From a virus (lineage: Duplodnaviria; Caudoviricetes): a DNA stretch of 32,901 bases. Both the position numbers and the translations under genes were made by a program. Location: the IMG/VR virus record IMGVR_UViG_3300032269_000145, positions 1 through 32,901 of that record; one strand, written 5' to 3'. Below the pieces are notes generated by a model. That model ran no database searches. It saw only the letters and a program-made list of their open reading frames with translations, and had not been told where the DNA came from. Shown here in pieces: positions 6,107-16,117 of the stretch (positions are counted from its first letter, which is position 1; every line of letters begins with the position of its first letter).

Positions 6107-7607
6107 CGCTGATGTTATGGAAGGCTTTGTCAACTCCGTGTTGAGAAAGAACTTTGATAAACCTGCTGCTACCCCTGAGTTTCATAAAGAGATCTGGGAA
6201 CTTGTTACTAGTAACAGCAAGCAAGTGGCTATAGCTGCTCCTCGGTATCACGCTAAGAGTACTGCCGTAACCCATGCTTACACCCTAGCCTCAGTCTTGT
6301 TTCGAGAATCTAGGTATGCCCTAATCGTTTCAGATACGGTTACTCAAGCAGTACAGTTCTTAGGTGACATTAAGAAAGAGTTGTTAGACAACGATGACCT
6401 ACGGTCTTTGTTTTCTGTCAGCTCCTTCCCCAAAGATACAGAAGATGATTTGATTGTTGAGATGGAAGACGGACACACCTTCCGTATCCAAGCTAAAGGC
6501 TCTGAACAGAAACTACGGGGATTGAAGTGGGCTAACCTTCGTCCTGATCTCATTATTGGGGATGACATGGAGAACGACGAGATTGTTATGAACAAGGATC
6601 GTCGTCAGAAGTTTAAGCGTTGGTTCTATGGTGCTTTGATTCCTTGTGTATCTTCTTCTGGGAAGATTAGGATTGTTGGAACCATACTGCACTTAGATAG
6701 TCTTCTAGAGAATCTAATGCCTGCTTCCTTACTAGTTAGCCATAGAGGGTATAAGAGTCTTATTCGTGAAGACCTAAAAGAATACTCAGAGAACATATTA
6801 CCTTGGAAGTCAGTTAAGTATCGTGCTCATACTGATGACTTTGGAAAGTTACTGTGGCCTGAAATGAAGACTGCTTCAGAGTTTAGGATGCAGAAAGATG
6901 ATTACGTCAGACAAGGTTTAGCTGATGTGTATTCTCAAGAGATGCTTAATATCCCCTTGGATATAACTGATACCTTTTTTAAGAAGTCAGACTTCATACC
7001 AATAAAGTCTGAAGATGAAAAGAAGAACCTAATCTATTACGCAACTTGTGACTTAGCTGTATCCCAATCCCAAAAGGCAGACTACTCTGCTTTTGTTGTT
7101 GGGGGTATGGACGAAGATGGCAGGCTGTACTGCAAACACGTTGTTAAACAACGTATGGATGCTTTAGAGATTGTGGATACAATCCTGATGATCCAAAAGA
7201 TTTATAAGCCCGTACTCTTTGGATTGGAACAAGGTACGATTCAGAAAGCAATTGGCCCCTATCTTAATGAAGCGATGCTTAAGCGTGGAGAGTTCATCAA
7301 CACTGTTTTGCTCAAGCCCAGTGGTGACAAACTCACAAGAGCTAGAAGCATTCAAGCTCGTATGAGAAGTGGGGCTTGCAAGTTCGATAAGAATGCTGAG
7401 TGGTATCAAGGCTTTGAAGATGAGCTTCTGCGTTTCCCTAGGGATAAGCATGATGACCAAGTTGATGCTTGGGCCTATCTAGGTCTAATGCTTGATAAGA
7501 TGTGGGAAGCTCCTACCGACAAAGAACTCCAAGAAGAAGAGTACGAGGCTTATATTAAAGAAAACAATTTGAGCGATGCTGGTCGCTCTGTTACTTGTGG
7601 GTATTAA
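6093..7607 (+). CDS. terL: Terminase large subunit
   Basis: Walker A APRYHAKST, LRGLKW..RPDLIIGDD (Walker B), VGTILH coupling motif, nuclease CDLAVS..DYSA and HDDQVDA. Start is probably TTG at 6093 after a GAGG SD (the track starts at 6081). Confidence 0.95.
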   Translation: MSKLNADVMEGFVNSVLRKNFDKPAATPEFHKEIWELVTSNSKQVAIAAPRYHAKSTAVTHAYTLASVLFRESRYALIVSDTVTQAVQFLGDIKKELLDNDDLRSLFSVSSFPKDTEDDLIVEMEDGHTFRIQAKGSEQKLRGLKWANLRPDLIIGDDMENDEIVMNKDRRQKFKRWFYGALIPCVSSSGKIRIVGTILHLDSLLENLMPASLLVSHRGYKSLIREDLKEYSENILPWKSVKYRAHTDDFGKLLWPEMKTASEFRMQKDDYVRQGLADVYSQEMLNIPLDITDTFFKKSDFIPIKSEDEKKNLIYYATCDLAVSQSQKADYSAFVVGGMDEDGRLYCKHVVKQRMDALEIVDTILMIQKIYKPVLFGLEQGTIQKAIGPYLNEAMLKRGEFINTVLLKPSGDKLTRARSIQARMRSGACKFDKNAEWYQGFEDELLRFPRDKHDDQVDAWAYLGLMLDKMWEAPTDKELQEEEYEAYIKENNLSDAGRSVTCGY

Positions 7608-7610
7608 ATT

Positions 7611-9707
7611 ATGAACCTTAAAGACAAGCTTAGCATTGAAGACCTTGCCTATGCGACTAACATTGCTACTATGTTGGGGGAAGAAGACCTAACGACAATT
7701 GGTCAGCACATTGTTAGGGACTTTGAAAATGACTTGATGTCCCGGTCATCTTGGGAAAAACGTACAGAGGCTTCTTTAAAGCTTGCTCTACAAGTTGCAG
7801 AGAACAAAAACTTTCCTTGGCCTAATGCCAGCAATGTTAAGTTCCCCCTCATCACTATTGCTGCACTGCAATATCATGCTCGTAGCTACCCGGTATTGAT
7901 TGACAGCAACTTGCCTGTTAAGTGCCGAGTTGTTGGTGATGACAAAGATGGCCTTCGTGCTATGCGCTCTACTCGTGTTGAACAACACATGAGCTACCAG
8001 ATTCTTGAAGAGGATGAAGACTGGGAATCTGAGATGGACAAAGTTCTTATTACGCAGCCTATTGTTGGTTGTGCTTTTAAGAAGTCTTACTTTGATCCCA
8101 TTCGTAAACACAATGTTTCTGAAAACGTCTTAGCTAAAGACTTGGTTGTTAACTACTGGGCTAAGAGTCTAGAAACAGCTAACCGAGTTACCCATGTTCT
8201 TCAAATGAGTAAGAACGAAATCTATGAACGTGTAGCTCGTGGATTGTGGCTAGATGTATCTGAAGGTAGTCGTCAACAAAGTTCTTCAGTTATTGTAAAC
8301 ACTGGTCTTCAGACTGCACAGGATAAAGCCCAAGGCTTGACTCCTCCAGACAGCAATGACTCTAGTACTCCTGTTGAAATTCTTGAACAGCATTGCCACA
8401 TTGACCTTGATGATGATGGTTACGCTGAACCTTACATTGTTTATGTTCGTAGAGACAACAAGAAAGTTGCTCGTATTGTTGCGCGGTACACAAAACAAGA
8501 CATTGAGTTTAATGACAACGACGTTGTGTTAAGCATTAAAGCTGATCAGTACTTTACTAAGTTTCCATTTATTCCATCTCCTGATGGCGGTTTCTACGAC
8601 CTAGGTTTCGGAGTTCTTCTTGGTCCCCTCAACGAATCAATCAACACCATCCTCAACCAACTCGTTGATGCTGGCACTATGGCTAACACTGCTGGTGGAT
8701 TCCTTAGCCGTGGGATTAAGCTTCGTGGTGGCAACTACACCTTCAATCCTATGGAGTGGAAGCACGTTGACACTACTGGGGACGATCTAAGAAAAGGTAT
8801 TGTTCCTTTGCCTGTACGGGAACCTTCTCAAGTTTTGTTTACGTTGTTGAACTTGTTGATTAACTATGGTGAACGCATTGGTGGTGCTGTAGACATCCTT
8901 ACTGGACAAAATCCCGGACAGAACACTCCTGCTGAGACTACTCGCACTATGGCTGAGCAGGGTATGAAGATCTTTAACGGAATCTTTAAACGCACTCACC
9001 GCAGTCTTAAACAAGAGTTCCGTAAGCTGTATAGGCTTAATCAAATATTTGTTACTAATACCACTAAGTATGCTTCCAATGCTTTGAGCCAAGGAATCAT
9101 CTTGCCTGAAGATTACCAAGGCCCAGTAACAGATGTTATGCCTACTGCTGATCCAAGCATTACGTCTGATAGCCAACGTATGCAACAAGCTGTAGCTATT
9201 GCTTCTCGTGTTACTGCTACTCCAGGACTGTACAACCGCTATGAAGTTGAACAGACATTCCTTAAAGCAATCAAAGTCAATAACATTGAAAAGATTCTTC
9301 CTGATCCTAAAGGACCAAACGCTATTCCTCCTGCACCTAATCCTAAGTTGCAGATTGAAGAGATGCGTATGAAGTCTAAACAAGCTGATAATGAATTGGC
9401 TATGAAAATGGGTCTGCTTAAACTTATGGGTGAAGCAGAACTTAACCAAGCCAAAATTAAAAAGCTTGAAGCTGAAGCAGAGGCAATCAAGATTGGTATT
9501 GCTACTGAAGGCGAAAAGATGCGTATACAAGAGATCAATACAAGCATTGCGTTGCAACGTGAACGTCGAGAAGGTATCTTGAGTTCTATTGACACTATGC
9601 ACAAAGTTTATTCAACCATGATGGCTGAACAAAAAGGGCAACAGTTCCAAGCACCCTCTATGGATATGTTAGAGGGGGCAGGACAGATGCAAGCACCAAT
9701 GATGTAA
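7611..9707 (+). CDS. Portal protein
   Basis: 698 aa directly after terL; FPWPNASNV, GFYDLGFG..L...NESIN..LNQLVDAGT motifs; C-terminal coiled-coil barrel as in P22-type portals. Confidence 0.88.
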   Translation: MNLKDKLSIEDLAYATNIATMLGEEDLTTIGQHIVRDFENDLMSRSSWEKRTEASLKLALQVAENKNFPWPNASNVKFPLITIAALQYHARSYPVLIDSNLPVKCRVVGDDKDGLRAMRSTRVEQHMSYQILEEDEDWESEMDKVLITQPIVGCAFKKSYFDPIRKHNVSENVLAKDLVVNYWAKSLETANRVTHVLQMSKNEIYERVARGLWLDVSEGSRQQSSSVIVNTGLQTAQDKAQGLTPPDSNDSSTPVEILEQHCHIDLDDDGYAEPYIVYVRRDNKKVARIVARYTKQDIEFNDNDVVLSIKADQYFTKFPFIPSPDGGFYDLGFGVLLGPLNESINTILNQLVDAGTMANTAGGFLSRGIKLRGGNYTFNPMEWKHVDTTGDDLRKGIVPLPVREPSQVLFTLLNLLINYGERIGGAVDILTGQNPGQNTPAETTRTMAEQGMKIFNGIFKRTHRSLKQEFRKLYRLNQIFVTNTTKYASNALSQGIILPEDYQGPVTDVMPTADPSITSDSQRMQQAVAIASRVTATPGLYNRYEVEQTFLKAIKVNNIEKILPDPKGPNAIPPAPNPKLQIEEMRMKSKQADNELAMKMGLLKLMGEAELNQAKIKKLEAEAEAIKIGIATEGEKMRIQEINTSIALQRERREGILSSIDTMHKVYSTMMAEQKGQQFQAPSMDMLEGAGQMQAPMM

Positions 9708-9722
9708 CCTTAAGGAGTAAAG

Positions 9723-9938
9723 ATGGCATTAGAGATAGTTAGCCCAGATAGTTTTGAAGAATGGAAGTTTCACCCTGTTACTAAGCGTTTTATGAAAATG
9801 CTTACATCAGACCGTGAAACAATGAAAGAAGGTTTAGTTAACAATGCTTTTGAAGATGAAGCAGAAGTTAAAGGTCGGTGTCGAGTAATCGCTACCATCT
9901 TAAACCTTGAGTACGAAGATTTGTTTGCAGACAAATAA
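9723..9938 (+). CDS. Hypothetical protein (71 aa)
   Basis: AAGGAG SD; lies between the portal and GroES-like genes. Confidence 0.75.
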   Translation: MALEIVSPDSFEEWKFHPVTKRFMKMLTSDRETMKEGLVNNAFEDEAEVKGRCRVIATILNLEYEDLFADK

Positions 9939-9953
9939 GATAGAGGATTAAAC

Positions 9954-10301
9954 ATGAGTAATGAATCAGGAATCAACCCCTGTGGTTGGAGGGTGCTTAT
10001 TAAGCCCCAAGAAGTTAAAGAAGTATCTGCTGGTGGCATTTATCTTGTCACTGAAAACTCCAAGCAACGGGAGCAGATGGGCAACACTACTGGAATTGTT
10101 ATTGCAATGGGTGACCAATGCTTTGCCGATTAACCAGCACCGTGGTGCTCTGTTGGCGAAAAAGTAATCTTTGCTAAATATGCTGGACTTCTTTACTTAG
10201 GTAAAGATGGTAAACAGTACCGCATGGTCAACGATAAAGACATCACTGGCACATTAGACGCTGATGTTGATCTTGTTGATCCTTATCTAGCCAAAGGCTA
10301 A
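9954..10301 (+). pseudogene. groES: GroES/Cpn10-like co-chaperonin interrupted by an in-frame TAA at 10131-10133
   Basis: Hand translation: MSNESGINPCGWRVLIKPQEVKEVSAGGIYL...TGIVIAMGDQCFAD*PAPWCSVGEKVIFAKYAG...YRMVNDKDITGTL...KG*. GroES motifs lie on both sides of the stop in one frame; GAGG SD. Confidence 0.85.
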
Positions 10302-10321
10302 CCTTAGTACAGGAGTAAGAC

Positions 10322-11146
10322 ATGAGTGATGAAAACGAGTCAGGTTCTATAGCCCCAGAGATTCTGCAAGAAGCTGAGTCACAAGGGTGGGTTCCCAAAG
10401 AAAGATTTCGTGGTAACGAATCTGATTGGGTTGATGCGGATATGTTTGTTAAACGTGGTCGAGAGATTCTTCCTATTCTGCGAAAGAACAATGAGAACCT
10501 TATTAAAGACTTAAACCAAACAAAAGAACAGCTTAAAGAATTCAAGCAAGCTGCTGAAGAGTTTAAAAAGTTTCAACAAGAAGCTTATGAACGCAAAGCT
10601 GCTGACTACGAAGATCGCATTAAAGCTATTCGAGAAAGTCGCGCCCAAGCCATTAGTGATGGTGACGGACAGCGAGTCAATGCTTTAGATGAAGCACTTG
10701 ATGTAGCTAAGGAAGATTTGAAAGAAGCTAAGCAGGCTGTTAAAGAAGCTGCTATTGTTAAAGAGACTCCTATAGCTCCAGAAGCTGTTGATCCAAACTT
10801 GCAAGTGTGGCTAGACAAAAACACTTGGTTTGGAAATGATCGTCGTATGACTAGCATTGCTAATGGACTAGGAGAAAATCTAAGGCTAGAGTCTCCAAAT
10901 CTTAAAGGACAAGCTTTTCTTGATAAGTTAGATGAAGTACTAGCGGAAGAGTTTCCTAATAAATTTGGTAAAAAACAAACTCCCGGTAGCCGGGTAGAGT
11001 CAGGTTCAGGTCGTCAAAGTAGGGGTAGCGGTGGCTCCCAGTCCTATGACAACTTACCTGCTGATGCCAAAGCTGCTTGTGATCGGTTCGTAAAGCAAAA
11101 GCTTATGACTCGTGAACAATATGTTGCAGACTTTGATTGGAACTAA
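10322..11146 (+). CDS. Probable capsid scaffolding protein
   Basis: Charged coiled-coil protein (GWVPKERF...WVDA; WLDKNTWF; TREQYV) upstream of the capsid genes. Confidence 0.7.
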   Translation: MSDENESGSIAPEILQEAESQGWVPKERFRGNESDWVDADMFVKRGREILPILRKNNENLIKDLNQTKEQLKEFKQAAEEFKKFQQEAYERKAADYEDRIKAIRESRAQAISDGDGQRVNALDEALDVAKEDLKEAKQAVKEAAIVKETPIAPEAVDPNLQVWLDKNTWFGNDRRMTSIANGLGENLRLESPNLKGQAFLDKLDEVLAEEFPNKFGKKQTPGSRVESGSGRQSRGSGGSQSYDNLPADAKAACDRFVKQKLMTREQYVADFDWN

Positions 11147-11169
11147 ATTTATTAACTTAAGGAAAAATT

Positions 11170-11670
11170 ATGCCCCGCGCCCTAACTTATGAAGAAAAAG
11201 CTGCACGACAAGATGCTATACTGCAAAAGAAATCTGCACCAACACCTGCAAGTGATGGTACAGTACGCAAACGCCGTAATGTATTTAACGGCACAGAAGT
11301 TAAACTCAGTGTACGGGAACAGATTCCCGGATACCACCTCTATATCTTTACTGATACAGGGAGTCGTGTTCAAGAGGCCTTAGATAGTGGCTATGAGTTT
11401 GTAACCCCTACAGAGGTAGGTGGAGTAAGTGAAAACGTGGTTAGTCGTAATGGCGACCTCGGAGAAAGAATTAGGTATCTTGTAAATCCTCGTGCAGAAG
11501 GCACGGATCAATTTGGATACCTAATGAAGATTCGGCAAGAGTGGTACGAGGAAGATCAAGCCGCACTTCAAGAGAAGAACAACCGGATTGATACCGCAAT
11601 TCGCAATGGTAAAGTCACTGGTGAAAACGCAGGATTTTATGTACCGCGAGATGGTATTAAACTTACTTAA
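11170..11670 (+). CDS. Hypothetical head-module protein
   Basis: AAGGA SD; position between scaffold and capsid genes. Confidence 0.75.
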   Translation: MPRALTYEEKAARQDAILQKKSAPTPASDGTVRKRRNVFNGTEVKLSVREQIPGYHLYIFTDTGSRVQEALDSGYEFVTPTEVGGVSENVVSRNGDLGERIRYLVNPRAEGTDQFGYLMKIRQEWYEEDQAALQEKNNRIDTAIRNGKVTGENAGFYVPRDGIKLT

Positions 11671-11687
11671 CTTATTAGGAGTTTCCT

Positions 11688-12293
11688 ATGGCAAACGTAA
11701 ATCGTCCTGGCGGCTTAAAGCCTGTCAGCTATCTCAACGGAGCACCCTTTACGGGGCAAGCTCGGTTGTATTCTGTTCCCGTTAACAGTACTGCACTGTA
11801 CATTGGTGATCCCGTTACCTTGAGTGGTAGCGCTGATACTAGTGGTCTTGCTGGTGTTGCTATCGGTGTTGCTGGTTCTGCAATTATTGGTGTTGTAGTT
11901 GGTTTCCTTGTTTCTCCTCCCGGAGTTAGCTTGGTTGCCTCTAACATTGATTTGACTATCCGCAGCATTCAAGCTAGTTCGACTACTGTTCAATATGCTT
12001 TGGTTGCAGATGATGCAAACATTGTGTATGAGATTCAAGATGGTCAAACCACTCCCACTGCTGTTACTGACATTGGTCGCAATACCAATTTCTTGATTGG
12101 TGCTGGAGCTACTACTTACAGTGATTCAGGCACAACGACTGCTGCTACCCTTACAGATAGCACCACCGCCAACTTGAAACTTTTGGGCTTTGTCCAGCGC
12201 GTAGATAACACTCCTGCTAGTGCTTACGCAAAACTGTTGGTACGGATTAACAACCATGTTTACAGCGCCAGTACTGGCACTGCTGGCATTTAA
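11688..12293 (+). CDS. Putative capsid decoration/cement protein
   Basis: Beta-rich, small-residue-rich protein (GLKPV, IGDPV, VADDANIVYEIQ) immediately upstream of the major capsid gene; AGGAG SD. Confidence 0.6.
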   Translation: MANVNRPGGLKPVSYLNGAPFTGQARLYSVPVNSTALYIGDPVTLSGSADTSGLAGVAIGVAGSAIIGVVVGFLVSPPGVSLVASNIDLTIRSIQASSTTVQYALVADDANIVYEIQDGQTTPTAVTDIGRNTNFLIGAGATTYSDSGTTTAATLTDSTTANLKLLGFVQRVDNTPASAYAKLLVRINNHVYSASTGTAGI

Positions 12294-12308
12294 TTAGGAG
12301 AATAGATT

Positions 12309-13229
12309 ATGGCTGGAATTATCACAACCAGTTCCCATCCCAAGGCCTTATGGCCTGGCATCAAAGCTTGGTGGGGACAAACTTACAATGAACATCCTGA
12401 AGAGTACACCGCACTCTTTGACAAGGATACTTCAGGCCAGAACTACGAAGAAGATGTCCAACTGACTGGATTTGGTCTTGTACCTGTCAAGTCACAAGGT
12501 GCTGGCGTTTCGTATGATTCTGAAGTGCAGGGTTACGTTACTCGTTATACGCACGTTGCGTATGCAATGGGTTACATTGTGACCAAAGAAGAAATGGACG
12601 ATAACCTCTACGAGCAAATCTCCAAGAAACGTGCTGCTGCTTTGGCTATGTCTTTCCGTCAAACGAAAGAAAATGTAGGTGCTAACGTCTATAACCGTGC
12701 TTTCAACAGTACTTACAAAGGTGGTGATGGAGTTGAGCTTTGCTCTACTGCTCACGTTAACACTACTGGTGGTACATGGGCTAACAAGCCTACTGTTGAT
12801 GTTGACTTGTCTGAAGCTGCTTTGGAAGATGCAGTGATTGCGATCATGGGTCTGCAAAATGACCGTGGTCTGTTGGTCGCTATTCAACCAAATGATTTGC
12901 ACATTGCTCGTCAAGAAGTGTTTAACGCTCAGCGTATCCTTCACTCTAGCTACCAAACTGGTAATGCCAACAATGACATCAACGTCATTAAGTCTGGCAA
13001 CTACCTGCCCGGTGGATTTAAAGTGAACCACTACTTCTCAAGCCCCCACGCTTGGTTTATCCGTAACACCATTCCTGGTGGTACTGGTATGAAGTACTAC
13101 GAGCGTCATGCCATCATGTTTGATCAAGACAATGACTTTGACACGATGAATGCTAAAGCCAAAGGCTATGAGCGTTACTCGTTTGGTTGGTCTGATCCTC
13201 GTGCTGTTTGGGGTTCTAACGGTCCCTAA
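12309..13229 (+). CDS. Major capsid protein
   Basis: 306 aa with LWPGIK, YEED...GFG, GDGV-L-STAH and ERYSFGWSDPR motifs. Strong SD and a downstream terminator. Confidence 0.9.
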   Translation: MAGIITTSSHPKALWPGIKAWWGQTYNEHPEEYTALFDKDTSGQNYEEDVQLTGFGLVPVKSQGAGVSYDSEVQGYVTRYTHVAYAMGYIVTKEEMDDNLYEQISKKRAAALAMSFRQTKENVGANVYNRAFNSTYKGGDGVELCSTAHVNTTGGTWANKPTVDVDLSEAALEDAVIAIMGLQNDRGLLVAIQPNDLHIARQEVFNAQRILHSSYQTGNANNDINVIKSGNYLPGGFKVNHYFSSPHAWFIRNTIPGGTGMKYYERHAIMFDQDNDFDTMNAKAKGYERYSFGWSDPRAVWGSNGP

Positions 13230-13243
13230 TTGTTATTAGTAAC

Positions 13244-13274
13244 AAGCCCCCTCCTAGTGAGGGGGTTCTTATTT
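13244..13274 (+). terminator. Rho-independent terminator after capsid gene
   Basis: AGCCCCCTC-CTAGT-GAGGGGGTT followed by CTTATTT. Confidence 0.75.
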
Positions 13275-13290
13275 AACCTAGGAGATAGTT

Positions 13291-13371
13291 ATGAGTTTTG
13301 AACGCCAAAAAGAAAAAGGCAAACGCCCTACACCTTCTGTGCCTATGGCCCCCTCTAAAAAGAAAAAGTAA
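13291..13371 (+). CDS. Very small basic peptide (26 aa)
   Basis: MSFERQKEKGKRPTPSVPMAPSKKKK*, with a well-spaced TAGGAG SD. Confidence 0.55.
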   Translation: MSFERQKEKGKRPTPSVPMAPSKKKK

Positions 13372-13445
13372 AGTACAATGTACTTGTCCAATGACGCTCT
13401 TAACTGAGCGTTGTTTTATCTTAAACAACGTCAAAGGAATTTTTA

Positions 13446-14171
13446 ATGTCAAATCCTACACGCCTCTATAGCGGTCTTTCTACTGCTTACTCTAACGAGC
13501 CTTTGTACTCGTTTCCTTTTCCAGATCCTTTTCATACTGGAAGCACTTCAACACTAGGTAGTTCTACCTATACTAATGATTTCAATACCTTGATTGGTAC
13601 TGACTACACTGTTACTGGCTCAAGCTCTGCGTTTGCTGTAGCTGCTGGTATTGGTGGTTGGGCTACTCTTACCCCCGGCGGTACTACTACTGCTTCTGCT
13701 GCCTATAAAAATGGCACATTCTTTCAGTTTGTGGCTGGCAATCGTGCTTGGTTTAGCACTCGTATTAAAACTTCTGCTGTAGCAGGTGCTATTTCTTACT
13801 ACGCAGGTTTGCGTGCTGGCTCAGCTACAACTGATGGCTTGTGGTTTGCTAAAGCAGCATCTTCTACTTCTATTAACTTGGTGTCTACAGTAGGTAGCAC
13901 TGCTACTACTTTGGTTACTGGAGTTGCAACAGCAGTAGCAGATACCTTTGTTGAACTAGCTTGGTACTATGATGGCACAGATATCATTGTTTACTCTGGT
14001 ACTTCTGCTAGTAACATGGGGCCAGTTGCTCGTGTAAGCTCCCCCACTATTGGTTCTAGTTCAACTACTTTGACCAACGCCCTAATGGGTACAGTGTTTC
14101 AGATTACTCCTGTAGCAACTGATACGCTGACTACTGACTTTGTATTGGCTGCTCAAGAAGTATCTCGTTAA
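13446..14171 (+). CDS. Virion structural protein (Thr/Ser-rich beta protein)
   Basis: AAGGA SD; composition and position after the major capsid gene. Confidence 0.7.
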   Translation: MSNPTRLYSGLSTAYSNEPLYSFPFPDPFHTGSTSTLGSSTYTNDFNTLIGTDYTVTGSSSAFAVAAGIGGWATLTPGGTTTASAAYKNGTFFQFVAGNRAWFSTRIKTSAVAGAISYYAGLRAGSATTDGLWFAKAASSTSINLVSTVGSTATTLVTGVATAVADTFVELAWYYDGTDIIVYSGTSASNMGPVARVSSPTIGSSSTTLTNALMGTVFQITPVATDTLTTDFVLAAQEVSR

Positions 14172-14176
14172 TACAA

Positions 14177-14554
14177 ATGCACAATACCTTAGTACATGAG
14201 GGTACAGGGGACAGTATTACTGTTTCTACCGTTAGTGATGGTGGCAAAAATACTGTCTTCCTAATATCTGGAACCATTGAGCATGAAGACAACTCTGTTT
14301 TTAATGCTGTTGATGTTTCTAGGTTGTCTGGTAATCCTAGTAATGTGCGTCTTGACTCTCTTGTTTTTATGGTAGAGACAGGACTACGAGTTTTAGTTAA
14401 CTATCGTAATCAACCTTACAAACTTCCTCTTGAAGGTCGTAGCAAGATTGATCTAGGATGGGTTGGTGGTCTTACTGGACACGAGATTGACCTAGTGTTT
14501 AAAGGTACTGGTTCTTTTTTCATTGTGCTTGATATAAGCAAGATGGGGGTTTAA
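14177..14554 (+). CDS. Hypothetical virion protein
   Basis: Tightly packed ORF in the structural operon. Confidence 0.7.
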   Translation: MHNTLVHEGTGDSITVSTVSDGGKNTVFLISGTIEHEDNSVFNAVDVSRLSGNPSNVRLDSLVFMVETGLRVLVNYRNQPYKLPLEGRSKIDLGWVGGLTGHEIDLVFKGTGSFFIVLDISKMGV

Positions 14555-14555
14555 T

Positions 14556-14918
14556 ATGAGTGATGTAAGAATTAAGAGTGGCGAACAACCTCGCTACTTT
14601 GCTTTTAGTGGTGTGTTATCTACAACAAGTAATGGTAACTCTACACCTTTGTATAAAGAAAGTCCTTGGAGTACTTTTCAAGTTATTATTACTGGTACAG
14701 GTACTGTAAGTGCTACAGTAACTATACAAGGTTCAAATCAAGATGAAACTTTTAATGGTACTAAAAGTAATTGGGCTACTATAAATGCTTTTAGTATGAC
14801 TGGTACTACTAGTGATACACAAGGTTTTACTTCAGTAAGTACTTGGAGATATGTACGTGCTGTTGTTGCCTCTATTACTGGAACAGGCGCTACTGTAGAA
14901 GTGATTATGGGTGTTTAA
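14556..14918 (+). CDS. Hypothetical virion protein (beta-sandwich-like)
   Basis: Tightly packed; 'TVTIQGSN..W' and 'WRYVRAVV' pattern. Confidence 0.7.
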   Translation: MSDVRIKSGEQPRYFAFSGVLSTTSNGNSTPLYKESPWSTFQVIITGTGTVSATVTIQGSNQDETFNGTKSNWATINAFSMTGTTSDTQGFTSVSTWRYVRAVVASITGTGATVEVIMGV

Positions 14919-14929
14919 TAGGAGCACCT

Positions 14930-15826
14930 ATGACTACAACTACTTTTATAAATGGGACAGTCATTGAACCAACTTGGTTAAATGATGTAAACGCATTAAC
15001 TTACTCCACTACTGGGACAGGTAATACTGTAAAAGCTACTGCTCCTACAATTACTTCTCCTACTATTTCTAGTGGTAACGTAACTGTTTCTACTGGCAAT
15101 GTGTATGTATCTGCTGGTAAGGTAGGCATAGGTACATCTAGTCCTGCTGTATCTTTGGCAATCAGTGGTACTGATGCTGCACTAATTCCTTCTGGAACAA
15201 CTGCACAACGCCCTACAGGTGCAACAGGATATATTCGTTTTAACAGTAGTACTACTTTATTTGAGGGGTACAACGGTACTTCTTGGAATCCGTTTAACGG
15301 AACAGTTACGTCTGTTGCAGCATCTGTTCCTGCATTCTTGTCCATATCTGGTAGCCCGATTACTACTACTGGGACACTAGCTATAAGCTACTCTGGCACT
15401 GCTCTTCCTGTAGCTAACGGAGGTACTGGTCTTACAACCATAACCGCTAACAATGTTCTGCTTGGTAATGGTACAAGTGCATTGCAAAAGGTTGCTCCAG
15501 GAACTTCTACCAATGTTTTGACAAGCGACGGAACAACTTGGTCAAGCAGTACAAATTTAGCAATTAGTGTAGGCCAGACATGGCAGGATTTAACGGCTTC
15601 TAGAGCAAATAGCACCACCTACTACAACACTACAGGCAAACCTATTATGGTTAGCATTGCTTTTACGCCACAAGGCGGTGGTTCAATTACGGTAAACGGT
15701 TTAGCTGTAGGTTTTGGAGCATCTGTAAGTAGTGCATCTAATGGTGGATGTAATGCTTTAGTACCTGTTGGTGGTAGTTATTCTTCTTCTAATCCAGGTT
15801 TATTAGCTTGGTATGAACTTCGTTAA
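14930..15826 (+). CDS. Fibre-like protein (298 aa)
   Basis: Start corrected to ATG 14930 (AGGAG SD). Motifs GKVGIGTSSP, PSGTTAQRP..GYIRFN, LPVANGGTG and a C-terminal GQTWQDLTASRA...WYELR tip domain. Confidence 0.8.
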   Translation: MTTTTFINGTVIEPTWLNDVNALTYSTTGTGNTVKATAPTITSPTISSGNVTVSTGNVYVSAGKVGIGTSSPAVSLAISGTDAALIPSGTTAQRPTGATGYIRFNSSTTLFEGYNGTSWNPFNGTVTSVAASVPAFLSISGSPITTTGTLAISYSGTALPVANGGTGLTTITANNVLLGNGTSALQKVAPGTSTNVLTSDGTTWSSSTNLAISVGQTWQDLTASRANSTTYYNTTGKPIMVSIAFTPQGGGSITVNGLAVGFGASVSSASNGGCNALVPVGGSYSSSNPGLLAWYELR

Positions 15827-15835
15827 AGACTAAAA

Positions 15836-16114
15836 ATGCCACATTACAAAGATCTACAAAATAAATTGCATTGGTTAGACTCTACAGAATACGAGTCTTA
15901 TTTGCCTGCTGGTTCTGTACAAATTACAGAAACAGAGTTTGCCACAATGCACGCTGAGTACGAGGCTTCTCTTGAATCTTCAAAAACTTACGCACAGAAA
16001 CGTGCTGCTGAGTATCCGTCTTTTGCGGATCAATTTGATTTGCTTTATCACGGGGGCATTGATGCGTGGAAAGCATCTATTCAAACAGTTAAAGATAGAT
16101 ACCCAAAGACATAA
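15836..16114 (+). CDS. Probable fibre assembly chaperone
   Basis: Follows the fibre gene; RAAEYPS.ADQ.D.LYH...VKDRYPK motif. Confidence 0.6.
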   Translation: MPHYKDLQNKLHWLDSTEYESYLPAGSVQITETEFATMHAEYEASLESSKTYAQKRAAEYPSFADQFDLLYHGGIDAWKASIQTVKDRYPKT

Positions 16115-16117
16115 CCT

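Noticed and set aside
8787-9602. 271-aa minus-strand ORF (and similar antisense ORFs across the late region)
   Set aside because: Antisense shadows of portal, capsid and tail genes caused by codon bias; no SD or motifs.
10131-10133. Genome-wide TAA reassignment (alternative genetic code)
   Set aside because: Most genes here end in TAA followed closely by the next start, and no other gene is interrupted.
9961-10167. 68-aa ORF from the track
   Set aside because: Out-of-frame shadow of the interrupted groES reading frame, which has the SD and the family motifs.
14843-14929. Cys-rich N-terminal extension of the fibre ORF in the track
   Set aside because: Overlaps the upstream gene; the true start is ATG 14930 with an AGGAG SD.
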